A stretch of DNA of 64,000 nucleotides from an uncultured Clostridia bacterium (GTDB lineage: Bacteria; Bacillota; Clostridia; Christensenellales; UBA1242), in the NCBI GenBank assembly GCA_944362705.1, contig CALVTO010000002.1, forward strand, positions 230,284-294,283. The letters run 5' to 3'. Within the stretch, counting starts at the first letter, position 1. Each line of letters starts with the position of its first letter. The notes under the pieces are model-generated. The model saw only the letters and a program-made list of their open reading frames with translations, was not told the origin of the DNA and ran no database searches. The position numbers and the translations under genes were made by a program. Positions 59,903 through 64,000 of the stretch are shown one piece after another.

Positions 59903-60521
59903 TAACGCTCTCCTTCTCTTCTATAAATTTTGCCAGTTCTTGAAAAATACCTTTATAGCAACTTTTGCCATATTGCATAAATTTTTGAGCAACGCTTGTA
60001 TATCCTTCTTTTTCCATTGCTTGTAATTCGGCATTGGTTTTTAATTGCTCATGCATTCTGGTTGGGTCAAATGCATCTCCATACATGTAGGCCTGAATTA
60101 CCGCCTCAAGTTTATCACACATGTAAGCAAATTGCGCCTCGGGCGTAGTTCTACTATCAAATTCATGAACATAGGCCAATATTTGGTCTTTATTCATGTA
60201 GTTTGCAAACAACTCTGCCATTGCCTTTTGGGCAAGTTCCGCTTTGCTTGCATACTCTGCCTGAAATGGGGTTAAATCGCCAATTAAGGCTTCTTCCGTT
60301 TCATGAAGGGCTAGCATAGTAAATACCCTTTCCATATTTATATTTTGTTTTTGTGTGGCAAAAATACTTGTTGCTAAGGCACATGTGCCAAACACATGCT
60401 CCGCTACACTTTCCGCGCGCACCGTAGGCTTTAGTCCCCAATGAATCCAACCTGTTCTTGGCAATGTTTTTAATTTGTGTAATACACTATATAACTGAAA
60501 AATTTTTTCAACTTGTTTCAT
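59892..60521 (-). CDS. HD-domain 5'-deoxynucleotidase-like protein
   Basis: LKTLPRTGW, ESVAEH, LHETEEALIGD, CDKLE. Confidence 0.88.
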   Translation of the reverse strand: MKQVEKIFQLYSVLHKLKTLPRTGWIHWGLKPTVRAESVAEHVFGTCALATSIFATQKQNINMERVFTMLALHETEEALIGDLTPFQAEYASKAELAQKAMAELFANYMNKDQILAYVHEFDSRTTPEAQFAYMCDKLEAVIQAYMYGDAFDPTRMHEQLKTNAELQAMEKEGYTSVAQKFMQYGKSCYKGIFQELAKFIEEKESVSDK

Positions 60522-60596
60522 AACAACCTCACTTCTGTTACTATACCACAAACTCTTTTTTGTACAAAATAAAAAAGAACGGGGTGCCCCATTCTT

Positions 60597-61595
60597 TTAT
60601 AAAGTAATTTCTTCGGTATCTTCGGTGCCGTCTTCTTTTCTATGAATCATACGCCCTTTTAATGGTGATTTTGAGCGAATAATTAAACCGTTTCTATCGC
60701 CAGATTGTTGCATGTCTGGGTTTTGATCGTAAGATAGGCATAATATGTGGTCAATATAGTTCGCCATTTCTTTACCGCAATCTTTATTTTTTTCTACCGC
60801 ATCTTCAACGTCGCCCACAGTTGGTTTTTCTATGCTTTCTTCTCTTTTTAACACCCTAGGCATTTTTGCACCTACAAAAATAGATAACAATTCATCGGCT
60901 TGTTGCAAGTATTGCATGCCTTGTGCATTGTTTTTACGCAATACCGCGTTAGACGCTTTTACCAATAATTCATTTAGTTCATACAACGCTTGTTTATATA
61001 CGTTTTTCTCTTCGTCCGAAACGCCTACTTTAAAGTCTTCTTCCATCACTTTTTCTAGTGCTAAGAAAAAGTTTTGATATTGCTTGTTATCTACCCATGT
61101 ATAGTTTATATAATAGTGGTTATTTGCCGACGCAAGTTTTAAAGCACCATCTTCCAATTTAGGCAAAAGCATAGTGCCCACTTTACTAAATGTTGTTTCG
61201 GCATCTATATCTCTTAATTTAACAATACGTAAAGGGTTCTTTTTGTTTGTATAGGTTACATCGGCAAAAAATGCTATGTCTTTTTGCGCTTTTAACATGC
61301 TTGCTATTTGTGCGGGGCTAATACTTCTTGCAGATATAAGTTCTTGCACTTTTTTACGCTCTTTAATTAGTTTTTGTATATACTTTTCGGCCTTTTCATC
61401 ACCTTGCGTGTAACTTACCAACTCGTATAATTCAGCTAAACTTTTCTCGGCTTTTTCTAACCCGTTAGATGTCGACAGCAACACCTCTTGCATACTCTCT
61501 AATGTTTTTTCTTGCAAAAATAGACTTGCATTATCTATTTCTGGCACAGAAGCAATGTTGCTGTGTTTTAAAATGTTTACAATGTTTTGATTCAT
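60597..61595 (-). CDS. Orphan helical protein
   Basis: 332 aa, GAGGTG SD, TTGACC-17-TATACT promoter. Confidence 0.65.
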   Translation of the reverse strand: MNQNIVNILKHSNIASVPEIDNASLFLQEKTLESMQEVLLSTSNGLEKAEKSLAELYELVSYTQGDEKAEKYIQKLIKERKKVQELISARSISPAQIASMLKAQKDIAFFADVTYTNKKNPLRIVKLRDIDAETTFSKVGTMLLPKLEDGALKLASANNHYYINYTWVDNKQYQNFFLALEKVMEEDFKVGVSDEEKNVYKQALYELNELLVKASNAVLRKNNAQGMQYLQQADELLSIFVGAKMPRVLKREESIEKPTVGDVEDAVEKNKDCGKEMANYIDHILCLSYDQNPDMQQSGDRNGLIIRSKSPLKGRMIHRKEDGTEDTEEITL

Positions 61596-61747
61596 ACCTT
61601 CACCTCGTTTGTGTTTGTTTTTTAAGTATACGTCAAAAAACGGCTTTGGTCAATAGGGTTCCCAAAATTCTATGTATAAACTTTATATGCCTGATAGTTT
61701 TACAAAGTATATGATGTTATGGTAGTATAATAAAAAGGAAAAAGTTT

Positions 61748-64000
61748 ATGAAAAAACATTATCAAAATACAATAGAAGAAACACTAACCCAAGTACAAAG
61801 TTCTACGGCTGGTTTAACAAGCAAAGAAGCTACACAAAGAATGGAAACCAATGGCAAAAATGTTTTAAAAGAGAAATCGAAAAAAAGTCCATTTAAAATT
61901 TTTATAAGCCAGTTTCAAAACATGATGATACTTCTGCTTATTTTAGTTGGCATTGTTTCGCTTGTATACTCTATTGTTACGCATGAAAGCGTTATAGAGG
62001 CCATTGTTATTTTTGCTTGCGTACTAGTAAACGCACTTATGGGGTTTGCGCAAGAACTAAAAAGCGAAAACGCCATAGAAGCGCTGAAAGATTTAACCGT
62101 TTCAAAAGTACAAGTAAAGCGTGACGGCGCTTGGGTAGAAATTGACGCCACCGAACTTGTAACAGGCGATATCATTATGCTTGAAGCGGGCGATAAAATT
62201 CCAGCAGACGCACGCGTTATGAAAGCCATTCAAGCAAAAGTAGATGAATCTATTTTAACCGGCGAAAGTATTGCTGTAGAAAAAACGGAACAAGCCATTG
62301 CAAAAAATGTTATGCTACAAGAGCAAACCAACATGGTGTTTTCCGGAACGGTTTTAGTAAACGGAAAAATTGAAGCTGTGGTGGTTGCCACAGGAATGGA
62401 TACCGAAATAGGAAAAATTGCGGGTGGCTTAAATACAAAAGACGATGCCCTTACCCCACTACAAGTAAAGGTAAAAAAAGTAAGTAGTTTTATTACAGTC
62501 ATTGCCTGCGTGCTTATTGCCGTAGCGCTTTGTTACGGTTTAATAAAAAAGCTAGATGCTATTTCTATTATTATGCTTTGCATTTCTATGGTGCTTGCCT
62601 CGGTTCCAGAAGTGTTACCCGTTTCTATTACCGCCACCTTAACCATTGGCGTTCAGCAAATGTCAAAACGTAAAACTGTAGTGAAACAACTTGCTGCTAT
62701 TGAAACGTTAGGCGCTACGCAAATTATTTGCACCGATAAAACAGGAACCATTACCACCAACCAAATGACGCTTGTTGAAATTTACGCGAACGATACCTTG
62801 TATAAAAATGTCAAAATGCCACATAAACATTTCGAAATGTTAGAAAATGTGCTTGCGCTATGTAACACCACCGAACACGATGTAAAACATAAAGGTGAAT
62901 TTATTGGCGACCCTGTAGAAATCGCCTTAAGCAAATATTTATACAACAAAAATATAAATATAGATACCGTAAGAAACAACTACCCACGCATTGGCGAAAT
63001 TCCGTTTGATTCTACTCGAAAAATGATGAGCACCATACACGAAATAAATAACCAAACATGTATGCTTACAAAAGGAACCCTTTCAGAAATTCTTGCAAAA
63101 AGTAAACAATATATAAAAAACGGAAAAGTTTTATCTTTAACAAAACATGCGAAACACAAGTTTTTAACCAAAGAACAATACATGAGCAAAAAATCATATA
63201 AAGTTTTAGCGCTTGCTTATAAACCTATTGAAAAGAAAACTTCTTATACTACAGAAGATGAGCAAGATTTTGTTCTTATTGGCATAGTAGGCATGATTGA
63301 CCCTCCAAAAGACGGCGTTAAAGAAGCGGTGCAAAAATGCATGGAAGCCAAAATGAAACCAATTATGATAACCGGCGACAGCTTAGCAACGGCACTCGCT
63401 ATTGCTAAAGAAGTTGGCATTGCTAAAGAAGACGCGCAAGGTGTAGAAGGTAAAGTTATTGATAATTTATCCGACGATGAGTTAAAACGTTTTGTTAAAA
63501 AATACACGGTTTTTGCGCGCGTTACGCCTGACCACAAGGTGCGTATTGTGCGCGCATTTCAAGCAAGTGGAAAAGTTGTTGCTATGACGGGCGATGGTGT
63601 AAACGATACCCCTGCTTTAAAACTTGCCCACGTTGGCGTTGGCATGGGTAAAGCCGGCACCGATGTTACCAAAAGCGTGGCCGACATTATTTTAATGGAC
63701 GACAGTTTTTCTACCATTGTAACAGCCGTTGAAGAAGGACGTCGCATTTACCACAATGTATTGCGCACCATTCTTTATAACCTTTCGAGTAACTTTGCAG
63801 AAATATTCTTAATTTTATTTGGCATGATCATAAGCATGGATATTATTTCGCCGTTACATATTTTGTATATAGATATTGTTGCCGATACGCTTCCATCGAT
63901 TGCTCTTGCGTTTGAAAAAGATAATAAAAACAGCATGAAACAAAAACCGCATGGCCTAGATAGACGCATTTTTACACCATTTATGAACGCTTCTATTATA
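61748..64000 (+). CDS. Cation-transporting P-type ATPase (type IIA-like), runs off window end
   Basis: Own translation: TGES, SVPEVLP, CTDKTGT, PFDSTRK, ITGD, MTGDGVND. Confidence 0.95.
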   Translation, partial: MKKHYQNTIEETLTQVQSSTAGLTSKEATQRMETNGKNVLKEKSKKSPFKIFISQFQNMMILLLILVGIVSLVYSIVTHESVIEAIVIFACVLVNALMGFAQELKSENAIEALKDLTVSKVQVKRDGAWVEIDATELVTGDIIMLEAGDKIPADARVMKAIQAKVDESILTGESIAVEKTEQAIAKNVMLQEQTNMVFSGTVLVNGKIEAVVVATGMDTEIGKIAGGLNTKDDALTPLQVKVKKVSSFITVIACVLIAVALCYGLIKKLDAISIIMLCISMVLASVPEVLPVSITATLTIGVQQMSKRKTVVKQLAAIETLGATQIICTDKTGTITTNQMTLVEIYANDTLYKNVKMPHKHFEMLENVLALCNTTEHDVKHKGEFIGDPVEIALSKYLYNKNINIDTVRNNYPRIGEIPFDSTRKMMSTIHEINNQTCMLTKGTLSEILAKSKQYIKNGKVLSLTKHAKHKFLTKEQYMSKKSYKVLALAYKPIEKKTSYTTEDEQDFVLIGIVGMIDPPKDGVKEAVQKCMEAKMKPIMITGDSLATALAIAKEVGIAKEDAQGVEGKVIDNLSDDELKRFVKKYTVFARVTPDHKVRIVRAFQASGKVVAMTGDGVNDTPALKLAHVGVGMGKAGTDVTKSVADIILMDDSFSTIVTAVEEGRRIYHNVLRTILYNLSSNFAEIFLILFGMIISMDIISPLHILYIDIVADTLPSIALAFEKDNKNSMKQKPHGLDRRIFTPFMNASII

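Noticed and set aside
61596-61747. yybP-ykoY or other riboswitch before the P-type ATPase; T-boxes before cysS/metG
   Set aside because: Short leaders without recognisable consensus; cysS and metG are operon-internal
61915-63969. Series of minus-strand ORFs
   Set aside because: Antisense shadows of the P-type ATPase, which the ORF track missed because it has no stop in the window
1-64000. Alternative genetic code (TGA, AGG or CGG reassignment)
   Set aside because: TGA ends spoIIE and forms ATGA overlaps; conserved Trp uses TGG; AGG (AHRLS) and CGG (DGRR) fall at Arg positions
1-64000. CRISPR array, IS/transposase, integrase, retron/DGR, rRNA
   Set aside because: No regularly spaced repeats or diagnostic motifs found by eye; a weakly conserved element could have been missed

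Overview
AT-rich chromosomal segment from a spore-forming Firmicute, probably an uncultured gut Clostridia lineage. This is inferred from yabP-yabQ-divIC-tRNA-spoIIE-tilS synteny and sigmaA-type promoters. The backbone is housekeeping (cysS, metG, radC, ppa, trmL, cls, rlmD, glmM, xfp, mutY, tmk, a P-type ATPase, six tRNAs), interspersed with lineage-specific orphan genes. No rRNA, CRISPR array, transposase or integrase was found. Most notable: (1) three integrase-free duplications of host-gene ends: a 141-bp mutY 3' repeat enclosing a MuF-motif/DUF6883-like plus DUF4926-like toxin-immunity-type pair; a tRNA-Arg leader plus 5'-half duplication around a nested-hairpin element; and a tRNA-Leu promoter plus 5'-end copy in front of a GNAT gene; (2) a stand-alone divergent SecA with a duplicated preprotein-binding domain; (3) two leader-peptide attenuators; (4) at least five apparently leaderless genes. 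Family assignments come from motif recognition by eye, not database searches.
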